From: Candidatus Limnocylindrales bacterium
GTDB taxonomy: Bacteria > Chloroflexota > Limnocylindria > Limnocylindrales > CSP1-4
Length of the DNA: 64,000 nucleotides
Direction: 5' to 3'
Assembly: GCA_035693125.1 (NCBI GenBank)
Contig: DASSHB010000039.1
Span: forward strand, 613 to 64,612
Shown here: positions 1 to 9,549 of the stretch, in pieces
How positions within the stretch are numbered: the first letter of the stretch is position 1
Layout of the letters: every line of letters begins with the position of its first letter
Position numbers and translations under genes: made by a program
The notes under the pieces: model-generated
What the model saw: only the letters and a program-made list of their open reading frames with translations
The model's database searches: none
What the model was told of the DNA's origin: nothing

Positions 1-1
1 C

Positions 2-148
2 CGGTCGCGACCGGCGCTCGTGCCGGTTCTCCAGGCTGCGCTCCAGGCGGATCGACGCGACGAGATCCGGCGGGCGCTCGACGACGTCGTCGCGATCGCC
101 GAGGACCGCCACCGGAAGGCCCGCGCGGCAGAGGAGGTGACGGCGTGA
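2..148 (+). CDS. 3' end of an upstream gene (C-terminal ~48 aa, ...PVLQAALQADRRDEIRRALDDVVAIAEDRHRKARAAEEVTA*), function unknown; position suggests a purine-catabolism partner of uricase
   Basis: Frame 2 has the high GC3 typical of coding sequence in this window. Its stop (146-148) overlaps the uricase GTG start (145-147) as GTGA, suggesting translational coupling. The product is not identified from the fragment. Confidence 0.3.
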   Translation, partial: RSRPALVPVLQAALQADRRDEIRRALDDVVAIAEDRHRKARAAEEVTA

Positions 149-996
149 TCGACATGGGTTCGAATCGCTATGGCAAGTCGGCGATCCGGCTCGTCCGGAT
201 CCAGCGGGACACGACGCCCCATCGGATCTGGGATCTGACCGTCTCGATCGCGCTCGACGGCGAGTTCGCCGCGTCCTATCGCGATGGCGACAACTCGGAC
301 GTGATCGCCACGGACACGATGAAGAACTCCGCCTATGCGCTCGCCAAGGAGCATCTGACCACGTCCATCGAGGACTATGCGATCGCCGTCGGTCGCCATT
401 TCGCGAGTCAGCCGAAGGTCCAGGGCGCAGACGTGTTCGTCGAGCAGCACCGCTGGCAGCCGATCGGCACCTCGCGCGACGCGTTCGTGCGCGAGGGGTC
501 CTTCACCCGGACGGCGCTTGCCCGGATCGGCGGCGACAGCCTGGACGTCCAGGCCGGGATCGACGGGATGTCGGTGATGAAGACGACGCGCTCGGCGTTC
601 GCCGGCTTCCCGCGCGACCGGTACACGACGCTCAAGGAGACGGACGATCGCGTCATGGCCACGAAGGTCAGCGCTCGGTGGGAGTACGAGCGAGGCGCGC
701 CGATCGACTTCAACGCGACCTACGACGCGGTCCTGGCGACGTTCCTCGACACCTTCGCCGACCACGACTCGGCGTCGGTCCAGGCATCGATCTGGATCGT
801 CGGCAAGGCGATCCTCGAACGACACGCGGCCGTGGAGTCGATCTCGATGTCGCTCCCGAACCTCCATCACTGGACGGTCGACCTCAGCCCGTTTGGCCTG
901 GAGAACGACCGCGAGATCTACGTCGCGACGACCGAGCCGCACGGCTTGATCGAGGCGACCGTCCGGCGATCGGACCTGGCCGCCAAGCGGCTGTGA
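145..996 (+). CDS. uox: urate oxidase (uricase; factor-independent urate hydroxylase)
   Basis: 283 aa. Contains the uricase signature blocks 'RYGKSAIRLV', 'NSDVIATDTMKNSAYALA', 'MKTTRSAFAGFPRDRYTTLKETDDR', 'MSLPNLHHWTVDLSPFG' and 'HGLIEATV'. These align block for block with Arthrobacter/Bacillus uricases (tunnel-fold family). Confidence 0.85.
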   Translation: MIDMGSNRYGKSAIRLVRIQRDTTPHRIWDLTVSIALDGEFAASYRDGDNSDVIATDTMKNSAYALAKEHLTTSIEDYAIAVGRHFASQPKVQGADVFVEQHRWQPIGTSRDAFVREGSFTRTALARIGGDSLDVQAGIDGMSVMKTTRSAFAGFPRDRYTTLKETDDRVMATKVSARWEYERGAPIDFNATYDAVLATFLDTFADHDSASVQASIWIVGKAILERHAAVESISMSLPNLHHWTVDLSPFGLENDREIYVATTEPHGLIEATVRRSDLAAKRL

Positions 997-1004
997 CAGC
1001 CTAG

Positions 1005-2297
1005 GTGTCACGCGGCCGGCGCACTGTGCCGGCCATGGAAGCCCGCATCGTCCACCTGCCCACCACGGAGATCCGCGTCGAGGGCGACCGGATCGTCATC
1101 GAGCGGTTCAGCCTGCGCGATCCGTCCCTCGCGGCGGTCCTCGCGGCTCGCGATCCGGCGGATCGGCCGGTCGTCGTGGAGCGCGCCCTCAAGGTGGGGC
1201 TGCTCGCGATCCAGGACGTCGCCGCGTCGATGGACGTGGACGTGGTCCGGGACGAGTTCGAGAAGCTCGCGCGGGCGAACGAGGAGGCGAACGCGAAGGC
1301 GGTCGAAGCGCTCGACCAGGTCCTGCGTTCGAACTTCGCCGACGTCGACGGCCGGCTGCCGAGGACCCTCGAGAAGTTCCTCGGGGACCGCGGCCAGTTG
1401 CGCGGCTTCGTGAACGAGCTGTTCGACGAATCGAAGCGCGACAGTGCGATCGGGCGGATGCGGACGCTGCTCGGGACGTACTTCGACGGCGACGCGTCCA
1501 AGCTCGCGTTGCTCCTGGACCCCACCCGTCAGCACTCGCCGATGCATCAGTTCCGGGCCGAGGTGACGGCCAGCTTCGAGAAGCTCCACGAGCGCCTGGC
1601 GGCGATCGAGGCGGCCGCGGCCGCCCGGGGGGCCGAGCGGGCCCGATCCGCCGCGAAGGGGGCCGATTTCGAGGACGTACTCGAGTCGATGCTCGGCGAG
1701 CTCAGCCGGGGCATGGGCGACCTGCTCGACCGGACCGGGTCCGAGGCCGGCGACCTCCTGCGGTCCAAGAAGGGCGACTTCGTGATCACGATCGATCCGG
1801 AGCGGACCGGCGGGGCGGACCTGCGGATCGTCGTCGAGGCGAAGGACCGGGCCATCTCGGGCCGGGTGATCCGCGAGGAGCTGCGCGAGGCGAAGCAGAA
1901 CCGTTGCGCGGCCGTCGGCCTGGTCGTCTTCAGTCCCGCTCACGCGCCGGCCGGGATCGCCCCGTTCGACGTGCGCGGCGGCGACGTCTACTGCGTCGTC
2001 GATCCGGCCGCTCCGGATCCTTCGACCCTCGAGGCCGCCGTCCGGCTCGCGCGGCTCCACGCGATCGCGAGCTTGCGCCAGGTCGCGGCGGAGATCGACG
2101 CCGACGCCGTCCGGGCCGCGCTCGTTGGCGTTCGAGCCGAGCTCGACGCCCTGCGCGGGATCAAGGCGACGCTCACGTCGATCGCGACCAGCGCGGGCGG
2201 GCTCCAGGCGGCCCTCGATCGGCTTCGGGATGGCGTCATCGCCCGCGTTGCCGAAGCCGAGGCGGAGATCCGGCTGAGTGGGACGCCCCGGCCCTGA
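1005..2297 (+). CDS. hypothetical protein (Ala/Arg/Glu-rich, predicted helical, with a possible PD-(D/E)xK-like 'D...VEAK' motif)
   Basis: 430-aa ORF with GC3-rich codon usage and no recognisable catalytic signature. The segment 'GDFVITIDPERTGGADLRIVVEAKDR' resembles a PD-(D/E)xK nuclease core (D-x(n)-E-x-K). An alternative start is the ATG at 1035. Confidence 0.4.
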   Translation: MSRGRRTVPAMEARIVHLPTTEIRVEGDRIVIERFSLRDPSLAAVLAARDPADRPVVVERALKVGLLAIQDVAASMDVDVVRDEFEKLARANEEANAKAVEALDQVLRSNFADVDGRLPRTLEKFLGDRGQLRGFVNELFDESKRDSAIGRMRTLLGTYFDGDASKLALLLDPTRQHSPMHQFRAEVTASFEKLHERLAAIEAAAAARGAERARSAAKGADFEDVLESMLGELSRGMGDLLDRTGSEAGDLLRSKKGDFVITIDPERTGGADLRIVVEAKDRAISGRVIREELREAKQNRCAAVGLVVFSPAHAPAGIAPFDVRGGDVYCVVDPAAPDPSTLEAAVRLARLHAIASLRQVAAEIDADAVRAALVGVRAELDALRGIKATLTSIATSAGGLQAALDRLRDGVIARVAEAEAEIRLSGTPRP

Positions 2298-2469
2298 TCC
2301 ACGCGCTCCGGTGCGGTCGAGGGAGGTCCGGTGCGATTGAGGGACATCCGGGCCATGCGCCCACGGGACCACCTCGCCATTGGCGCGGCGCACGCGTCAG
2401 GGAGAGACTGGGTTCCCGGTCGCCCAGGGCGGTGGACGGCGGACGTAGACTCAAGCCCGGAGACCCGTC

Positions 2470-4728
2470 ATGCGACGCAGCATCGTTCTGATCGCCGCCT
2501 CCGCCCTCGTCCTGTCCGTCGGCTCGCCGGCGTCCGCCACCCCCGCGCGCGTCGATGCGGCCGGTCCCGGCGCAGACACGGCGCCCGCGAACGGCCCGGC
2601 GGACCCGACCGGCCGCTGGATCGTGCGGCTCCGCGACGGCGCCGACGCGGCGGCATCCGCGGATCGCCAGGGTCGTCGCCTCGGGTTCAAGGCGGATCGG
2701 ACCTTCGAGCACGCCCTCCGCGGCTTCACCGCGAAGCTGGACCGGGCCCAGGTGGCGAGCCTCCGGGCTGACCCCGCGGTCGAGGAGATCGTTCCCGACG
2801 AGAAGATCGAGCTGACGGCGCAGAAGATCCCGACGGGCATCTCCCGGATCAACGCGATCGGCAATCCCCTCGCGGCGATCGATGGGGTCGACGATCGAGT
2901 CGACGCCGACGTCGCGATCGTCGACACGGGGATCGCCCTTCACCCCGACCTCAATGTCGTCGGCGGCTACAACTGCGCGACCTCTGCCCATGGGGCGTGG
3001 CGCGACGTCTACGGCCACGGGACCCACGTGGCCGGCACGGTCGGCGCGCTCGACAATGGCTCCGGGGTCGTGGGCGTCGCCCCGGGCGTCCGGCTGTGGG
3101 CGGTGCGGATCCTGAACGACAACGGCGACGGGCTGCTCAGCTGGTACGTCTGTGGTCTCGATTGGATCGCCGCCCAGCGCGACCCGGTCGATCCGACCCG
3201 GCCGCTCATCGAGGCGGTCAACATGAGCGTCACGAAGTGGGGCAGCGACGACCGCGCCTGCGGGACGAAGAACAACGACATCCTCCACGCCGCGATCTGC
3301 CGGCTCGTGGGGACCGGGGTCACCGTGGTGGCCGCAGCCGCCAACGACGCCGGCAACGCCTCGAAGCGCGTCCCCGCGGCCTACAACGAGGTGATCACCG
3401 TCTCGGCCCTGGCCGACACGGACGGGAAGCCCGGCAGCCTGGGCGGTCACCTGTGCTACTCGTGGGGTTCGTACGACGGCGACGACACGTTCGCGAACTT
3501 CAGCAACTACGGCAGCGACGTGGACCTGATCGCGCCCGGCAAGTGCATCTGGTCGACGATCCCGGGCGGCTACGCCTACATGTCGGGAACCTCCATGGCG
3601 GCACCGCACGTCACCGGCGCAGTCGCCCTGCTGAAGTCGACGCGGCCGGACCTGAGCCCGGCCGAGGTGAAGGGGGCGCTCCAGTACCTCGGCTCCGACA
3701 ACTGGAAGCGGTTCACCGATCCCGACTCGTCCCACGAGAAGCTGCTCGACCTGTCGCGGCTCGGTCCGCGTGGCGACTTCGACGTGGCCGATGCCGGGAC
3801 CCCGGGCGTGGGGGAGGCTGGCGGCGTCGCCCAGGTGCCGGTGGTCGTCACCCGGACCCCGACGTCGTTCGAGCGGATCGACCTCCGAGCCGGCGACCTC
3901 CCGTCCGGCTTCACGACCGGCACGGGCAGCACGTTCGGGTTCGGGACCCAGACCGCCCGGGTGCCGGTCCACATTCCGGCCGGGACCCGAACTGGAACGT
4001 ATGACGTGACGATCCGAGCCGACGAGCACGGCAACGTCCACACGACGACCGGCACGATCCAGGTCGTCCAGGACGATCCGACGGTGGGCTCGCCGACGGC
4101 TCGCCCGACGATCCGCGCCAGGGTCAGCGGCTCCCTCGTTCCCACGACGATCACCTGGCCGGCTGCGACCGATCCGACCAGCCCGATCGGTGCCTACCAG
4201 CTGGATCGAAGCGTCGATGGCGGCGCGTGGACGGCCGTCGGCACGACCACGAGCAGCGGCCTGGGCCTGGCCACGAGCGAGCGAAACGGCTCGAGCTACC
4301 GCTACCGCGTCCGGGCGGCGGACATCGCGGGCAACTGGAGCCCGTATGCCATCGGTCCGATCGCGACCCCCACGATCGTCCAGAACAGCTCGTCCTCGGT
4401 GCACTACTCGGGGTCCTGGCACCGCGCGGCGTACAAGTACGCGCTCGGCGGCTCGACCACGTGGTCCACGTCGATCTCCGCGCGAGCCACGCTCCGGTTC
4501 ACCGGGCGGGCCGTCTCCTATGTCACTCCGGTCGGCACCACGAAGGGCTCCGCCCGGATCTGGGTCGACGGGGTCTACCGTGGCAAGGTGAGCCTCCGGG
4601 CCACCGCCAACGGCAATGCCCGGATCCTGTTCACCGCGACGTTCGGCTCGGGCTCGACCCACACGATCGTGATCGCCCCGTCCAGCAGCGCCCGGATCGA
4701 CCTGGACGCGTTCGTCATCCGGAAGTGA
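2470..4728 (+). CDS. secreted subtilisin-like serine protease (peptidase S8) with a ~300-aa beta-rich C-terminal extension
   Basis: Signal peptide MRRSIVLIAASALVLSVGSPASA. Catalytic triad motifs 'VAIVDTGI' (Asp), 'HGTHVAGT' (His) and 'GTSMAAPHVTGA' (Ser). A Thr/Ser/Gly-rich C-terminal region is consistent with fibronectin-III / Ig-like domains. Confidence 0.8.
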   Translation: MRRSIVLIAASALVLSVGSPASATPARVDAAGPGADTAPANGPADPTGRWIVRLRDGADAAASADRQGRRLGFKADRTFEHALRGFTAKLDRAQVASLRADPAVEEIVPDEKIELTAQKIPTGISRINAIGNPLAAIDGVDDRVDADVAIVDTGIALHPDLNVVGGYNCATSAHGAWRDVYGHGTHVAGTVGALDNGSGVVGVAPGVRLWAVRILNDNGDGLLSWYVCGLDWIAAQRDPVDPTRPLIEAVNMSVTKWGSDDRACGTKNNDILHAAICRLVGTGVTVVAAAANDAGNASKRVPAAYNEVITVSALADTDGKPGSLGGHLCYSWGSYDGDDTFANFSNYGSDVDLIAPGKCIWSTIPGGYAYMSGTSMAAPHVTGAVALLKSTRPDLSPAEVKGALQYLGSDNWKRFTDPDSSHEKLLDLSRLGPRGDFDVADAGTPGVGEAGGVAQVPVVVTRTPTSFERIDLRAGDLPSGFTTGTGSTFGFGTQTARVPVHIPAGTRTGTYDVTIRADEHGNVHTTTGTIQVVQDDPTVGSPTARPTIRARVSGSLVPTTITWPAATDPTSPIGAYQLDRSVDGGAWTAVGTTTSSGLGLATSERNGSSYRYRVRAADIAGNWSPYAIGPIATPTIVQNSSSSVHYSGSWHRAAYKYALGGSTTWSTSISARATLRFTGRAVSYVTPVGTTKGSARIWVDGVYRGKVSLRATANGNARILFTATFGSGSTHTIVIAPSSSARIDLDAFVIRK

Positions 4729-4850
4729 CGCGACGGCCGCTCGGCGCGATGCGGAGCGGTTGCGACCCCGTGCTATCGTGCGGACCCGGCCGGCCCGTCC
4801 CGCTGCCTGCCTGACGAGCCGTCCCGCACACGACCGCACGAGGACCTGCC

Positions 4851-5810
4851 GTGGCGCGCGCGATGTGGAAGGGAGCCATCCAGTTCGGGCTGGTGACCAT
4901 CCCGGTCAAGCTCTACCTGGCGACCGAATCGGACTACACGATCCGCTTCAACATGCTCCACGAGAAGGATCACTCGCGGATCCAGATGAAGACGTGGTGC
5001 CCGGTCGAGGACGAGCCGATCTCCCGCGCCGACACGGTCAAGGGCTACGAGTACGCCCCGGGCGAGTACATCGTGATCACCGACGAGGATCTCGAGAAGG
5101 TCCCGCTCAAGACGGTCCGCTCGATCGAGATCGAGCAGTTCACGAAGGCCGACGACGAGGACGACACGAGCACCCGCTTCGTGAAGCAGGCCTACTACCT
5201 CGAGCCCGACAAGATCGGCCGCAAGCCGTTCTACCTCCTCCGCTCGGTCCTCCAGGAAGAGGGCCTCACCGCGATCTGCAAGGTCGTTATCAAGGACCGC
5301 GAAGCCCTCGCGGCGATGGATCCGTTCGGCGACACGATGCTCCTGACGACCCTCCACTGGCCCGATGAGATCCGCTCGACGAAGGAGCTCGACCTCCCCG
5401 ACGAGGACTACGACTTCAAGCCGGCCGAGCTCGCGATGGCCCGCCAGCTCGTGTCGGCGATGACCGGCGAGTTCGACGCGGCGGACTACAAGGACGAGTA
5501 CCGCGATGCCCTGATGGAGGTCATCGAGTCGAAGATCGAGGGCCACGAGGTGAAGGCGCCCGAGCCGGCCGAGGATGGCGGCAAGCTGATCGACCTGATG
5601 GCGGCCCTCGAGGCCTCGGTCAGCGCCGCGAAGGCCGCTCGCAAGGGCGAGGAGCCCGTGAGCGTCGCCGACGCGAAGAAGGCCCGCGAGGACAAGGCCG
5701 AGAAGCCGGCCGCCAAGACGGCGACGAAGGGCCGCAAGTCCGCCAAGGCCGACGAGGACGAGGCCGAGGAGGCCGCTCCGGCGCGGAGCCGCAAGCGGAA
5801 GACGGCCTGA
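4851..5810 (+). CDS. ku: Ku protein (non-homologous end joining DNA-end-binding protein) with Lys/Ala-rich C-terminal tail
   Basis: N-terminus 'MARAMWKGAIQFGLVTIPVKLYLA' is the bacterial Ku signature. The basic, low-complexity C-terminus (KAARKGEEP...KKAREDKAEKPAAKTATKGRK) is typical of actinobacterial Ku. Confidence 0.85.
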   Translation: MARAMWKGAIQFGLVTIPVKLYLATESDYTIRFNMLHEKDHSRIQMKTWCPVEDEPISRADTVKGYEYAPGEYIVITDEDLEKVPLKTVRSIEIEQFTKADDEDDTSTRFVKQAYYLEPDKIGRKPFYLLRSVLQEEGLTAICKVVIKDREALAAMDPFGDTMLLTTLHWPDEIRSTKELDLPDEDYDFKPAELAMARQLVSAMTGEFDAADYKDEYRDALMEVIESKIEGHEVKAPEPAEDGGKLIDLMAALEASVSAAKAARKGEEPVSVADAKKAREDKAEKPAAKTATKGRKSAKADEDEAEEAAPARSRKRKTA

Positions 5811-5839
5811 CCGCCGCCGACACGGCAGACTGAGCGGCG

Positions 5840-8635
5840 ATGCCGCTCGAGCAGTACTGGAAGAAGCGCGACTTCGGGCAAACGCCCGAGCCGGCGGGAG
5901 CCATTCCCGGCGCGGGGACCGGCCGGTTCGTCGTCCAGCGTCACCGCGCGACGCGGCTCCACTACGACTTCCGCCTCGAGATCGAGGGCGTCCTCGTCAG
6001 CTGGGCCGTCCCGAAGGGCCCGACCCTCGACTCGACGGTCCGCCGGATGGCCGTCCACGTCGAGGACCACCCGATCGAGTACTTCGACTTCGAGGGCGTG
6101 ATCCCCGCCAAGCAGTACGGCGCGGGCGACGTGATCGTCTGGGACTGGGGGACCTGGGAGCCCGAGTCCGAGACCCCCGATCCCGGCAAGGCGATCCGCG
6201 ACGGCGAGCTGAAGTTCGTCCTCCACGGCCAGAAGGTCCGCGGCCGGTTCACGATCGTGCGGACCTCCCGGCGGCCCGGCTCCGCGCCGGCGACGGCGTT
6301 CGAGGACGACAGCGAGCAATGGCTCCTGATCAAGAAGCGCGACGCGACCGCCGTCGCCGGCTGGGATGCCGAGGACCATCCGCAGAGCGTCAAGACCGGC
6401 CGGACGAACGACGAGGTCAAGGCGAACCGCGACGCGATCTGGATCAGCGAGCAGCCGGCGGCGGTCGCCCAGATCCATCTCGACGGGGCCGTCGAGCAGA
6501 AGATGCCCGACAGGCTCGAGCCGATGGCGGCAACCCTCGCTACGCGGGCCTTCACCGATCCGGATTGGCTGTTCGAGATCAAGTGGGACGGCTACCGGGT
6601 GGAGGCGGTCGTCCGGGACGGGACGGTCAAGCTCTGGACGCGGAGCCTGAAGGACGGAGAGACGTATTTCCCGAGCCTGCTCGCCTCGCCGGCCTCGTGG
6701 ATCGATGCCCGCGAGGCGATCGTCGATGGCGAGGTCGTGGCGCTGGACGAGGCGGGCCGGCCCGACTTCTCGCTCCTCCAGGAGCGGATCAGCGAACGGC
6801 GGGCTGGCACGAAGGGCGAGCGCGCGGCCAGCGGACCGCTCGTCTACCAGGCGTTCGACCTGCTCTACCTGGATGGGCGGTCGCTCCTGAAGGTGCCGCT
6901 CGAGGACCGCAAGCGTCTCCTCCGGAGCGTCCTGCGCGAGACGACCCGCGTCCGCTACGCCTCGCACGTGGTCGGGGAGGGCGAGGCGTTCATGGCCGCC
7001 GCCGCCTCGCAGGGCCTCGAGGGGATCGTCGCGAAGCTCCGTCGCTCCAAGTACGAGCCGGGCCGGCGGAGCCCGGCCTGGCTGAAGCTCAAGGTGCGGC
7101 CGGAGCAGGAGCTGGTGGTCGGCGGCTGGACGCCCGGCGAGGGCAACGCGCGTGACCTCGGCGCGGTCGCCGTGGGCGTGTACGAGGACGGCAAGCTGCG
7201 GTTCTGCGGCAAGGTCGGGTCCGGGTTCACTGCCGCGACCCGCAAGCGGCTGCTGGCGCTGATGGAGCCGCTCGTGGTGGAACGGCCGGCGTTCGACCCG
7301 CCGCCGCCGAAGGACTGGCGGAACCGCTGGGGCGGCGACCTCCGGGGGATCACGTGGATCCGCCCGGAGCTCGTGATCCGGGCCGAGATCGGCGGCTGGA
7401 CCCGGGACGGGCACGTCCGCCAGACCTCGTACAAGGGGATCGAGGCCGGACGCGACCCGCTGTCGGTGGTCCGCGAGGAGGCGGTCGCGTCGTCGTCCGC
7501 CGTCCGCGAGGCCGAAGCCGCGGAACCGGAGGCGCTGCCGTCGACGGACGGGCCCGAGGCGGCGTCCGGCCGGATCGGCGAGGATTTGGCGATGCCGGCC
7601 AAGAAACGCGCCCCGTCTCGGGCCGCCTCCGCGGCGGCGCCTCGGTCCACCGGGCCTGATGGCCTCCCCTGGACGGCCTCGGCCGAGGAGCTCGAGCGCC
7701 TGGCCTTGATGCCCGTCGAAGGGACATGGCACGTCGGCGGGGAGCGCGGCGAGGACCTGAAGCTCACGAACCTCGACAAGGTGATCTTCGAGCCGCACCC
7801 GGTCGACGGCGGCGATCCGGTCACGAAGCGGGAGCTGGTCCGTTACTTCGCCCGGATCGCGCCGGCGCTGCTGCCGCATCTCGCGGAGCGGCCGCTGAAC
7901 CTCCACCGATTCCCGAACGGCGCGTCGGGTCCCGGCTTCTGGCAGAAGGACACCCCCGACACGGTCCCCGGCTGGATCCGGCGCTGGAAGGAGGTCGGGG
8001 TCGAGGACCGCAAGGCGAACAGCCACGTGATCGCGGATCGCGTCGCGACCCTCTCATGGCTGGGCAACCAGACGGCATTCGAGGTCCACGCCTGGACCTC
8101 GCGCCTCGAGGAGCCGTTCCGGCCGACGTTCGCGCTGATCGACATCGACCCAGGCGCCAAGACGACCTGGGAGGAGACCCTCGTCATCGCCCGGCTGTAC
8201 CGGACGGCGCTCGGACACCTCGGGGTGCGCGGCTATCCGAAGGTCACCGGCCAGCGCGGAATCCAGGCGTGGATCCCGATCGAGCCGAAATACTCGTTCT
8301 CCGAGACGAGCGACTGGGTCGAGGGGATCAGCCGCGCGATCGGGGCGACCGTGCCCCACCTCGTGTCGTGGGAGTGGGCGAAGGGCTCACGGGGCGGTAA
8401 GGCACGCCTCGACTACACCCAGAACCAGCCGATCAAGACGCTCGTGTCGCCCTACTCGGTCCGGCCGGCGCCGGGCGCGCCGGTCTCCGCGCCGATCACC
8501 TGGGACGAGCTCGACGATCCCGAGCTGCGCCCGAACCGCTGGACGATCCGCACGATCGTCGAGCGCGTCGACGCCGTCGGGGACCTCTTCGCGGCGGCCC
8601 AGACGGACCTGCAGGTGCTGCCGCCGCTGGGGTGA
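5840..8635 (+). CDS. ligD: multidomain ATP-dependent DNA ligase D (LigD) with domain order phosphoesterase - ligase - polymerase/primase
   Basis: N-terminal 3'-phosphoesterase domain ('KRDFGQTPEP', 'FVVQRHRATRLHYDFRLE'). Ligase core with the adenylation lysine motif 'KWDGYRV'. An Ala/Pro/Ser-rich linker sits at about nt 7480-7680. The C-terminal LigD polymerase domain runs from 'GLPWTASAEELERL' to the end. The gene sits 30 bp after ku. Confidence 0.85.
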   Translation: MPLEQYWKKRDFGQTPEPAGAIPGAGTGRFVVQRHRATRLHYDFRLEIEGVLVSWAVPKGPTLDSTVRRMAVHVEDHPIEYFDFEGVIPAKQYGAGDVIVWDWGTWEPESETPDPGKAIRDGELKFVLHGQKVRGRFTIVRTSRRPGSAPATAFEDDSEQWLLIKKRDATAVAGWDAEDHPQSVKTGRTNDEVKANRDAIWISEQPAAVAQIHLDGAVEQKMPDRLEPMAATLATRAFTDPDWLFEIKWDGYRVEAVVRDGTVKLWTRSLKDGETYFPSLLASPASWIDAREAIVDGEVVALDEAGRPDFSLLQERISERRAGTKGERAASGPLVYQAFDLLYLDGRSLLKVPLEDRKRLLRSVLRETTRVRYASHVVGEGEAFMAAAASQGLEGIVAKLRRSKYEPGRRSPAWLKLKVRPEQELVVGGWTPGEGNARDLGAVAVGVYEDGKLRFCGKVGSGFTAATRKRLLALMEPLVVERPAFDPPPPKDWRNRWGGDLRGITWIRPELVIRAEIGGWTRDGHVRQTSYKGIEAGRDPLSVVREEAVASSSAVREAEAAEPEALPSTDGPEAASGRIGEDLAMPAKKRAPSRAASAAAPRSTGPDGLPWTASAEELERLALMPVEGTWHVGGERGEDLKLTNLDKVIFEPHPVDGGDPVTKRELVRYFARIAPALLPHLAERPLNLHRFPNGASGPGFWQKDTPDTVPGWIRRWKEVGVEDRKANSHVIADRVATLSWLGNQTAFEVHAWTSRLEEPFRPTFALIDIDPGAKTTWEETLVIARLYRTALGHLGVRGYPKVTGQRGIQAWIPIEPKYSFSETSDWVEGISRAIGATVPHLVSWEWAKGSRGGKARLDYTQNQPIKTLVSPYSVRPAPGAPVSAPITWDELDDPELRPNRWTIRTIVERVDAVGDLFAAAQTDLQVLPPLG

Positions 8636-8771
8636 GCCCTGGCGACACAGCGAAGCACAACGTTCGAGACCCTGGAGGTTCGTCCGGCCTTGAGCTCGTG
8701 GATCTCGAAGCGAAGGTCGGCACGGACTCGCTGCAAGTCCCCGGACACGCCCGATGGAGTGCCTTCCCCGA

Positions 8772-9446
8772 TCAGCTCCGCCAGGCGGAGGGGTCCCGTC
8801 GCGCGTAGGGCAGGACGAACCAGCCGAGCAGGGATTCGCCCGTCGATTGGTCGAGGTAGGAGGGGCGGAGCGCCGGGTCGAGGTGGATCGTGACGGTCAC
8901 GTCGTCGCGGTCGGGCCAATTCGGGTCGTACAGGCGCAGGGTCACCCCCCGCCCGTCCTCAGCGTAGCCCCAGGCGATCACCTGGTGGTTCTTCGTCAAT
9001 GCGTACGGGTTCATCGCGGCGACCCGGATCAGCCCGATCGGCACGAGCTCACCCCGGTCGAGCGCGGCGCGCGCCATGGGCCACTCGCGCTCGTACGTGG
9101 AGCGGGCCCGGTCACCACCGAACGAGCCACCGAGGGCCATCCGCAGCCAGAACCGGAGCGGGACGGTGAGCAGGTAGAGCGACTCCACCTGGCGGCGGAC
9201 GATCGCCTTGAACCGCGGCGAGCCATTGGCGAAGGGCTCCCGGTCGGGCGGGACCGCGACGTGGGCAGCGTGCAGGTCGGCGACCGTGTAGACCATCCCG
9301 CCGCATAGCCCGTGCGACGCATCGCCGACCCCGATCGCCCGCGGATCGAAGGGTCCGAGGGTCACCGTCGGGCCGGGCGGCCACGCGTTCGCGAAGTGGA
9401 AGCCGTGGGTGCTCGGCGCGAAGTTCGGGACCCGCTGCTCCTTCAT
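8772..9446 (-). CDS. hypothetical protein, possibly a papain-like cysteine peptidase / acyltransferase fold (Cys in 'HGLCGGM', His in 'KNHQVIAWGY')
   Basis: The six-frame ORF (8772..9752) has an Arg-rich, improbable N-terminus. The internal ATG at 9444-9446 (MKEQRVPNF...) gives a 224-aa product. The Cys...His arrangement is suggestive only. Confidence 0.4.
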   Translation of the reverse strand: MKEQRVPNFAPSTHGFHFANAWPPGPTVTLGPFDPRAIGVGDASHGLCGGMVYTVADLHAAHVAVPPDREPFANGSPRFKAIVRRQVESLYLLTVPLRFWLRMALGGSFGGDRARSTYEREWPMARAALDRGELVPIGLIRVAAMNPYALTKNHQVIAWGYAEDGRGVTLRLYDPNWPDRDDVTVTIHLDPALRPSYLDQSTGESLLGWFVLPYARRDPSAWRS

Positions 9447-9549
9447 CGCGCGGATCGTAGACCGGCGCTGCCTCCCGGGCGTTCGTGGTTGCGCCACCGC
9501 TCCGTGGGGCGGGCCGGCTCGGGCGAGCCTGCGGTCCCGGCGCCGCGGT

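Noticed and set aside
2236-4839. 867-aa ORF on the minus strand antisense to the S8 protease gene. Similar giant antisense ORFs occur at 5486..8026, 9443..11386, 22992..27029, 45298..47196 and 60641..63823.
   Set aside because: Their products are low-complexity Arg/Gly/Pro/Asp-rich, as expected from reading ~72% GC coding DNA in the wrong frame. The opposite-strand ORFs carry unmistakable family motifs (subtilase, LigD, Lhr, GDH, NCS2, M16).
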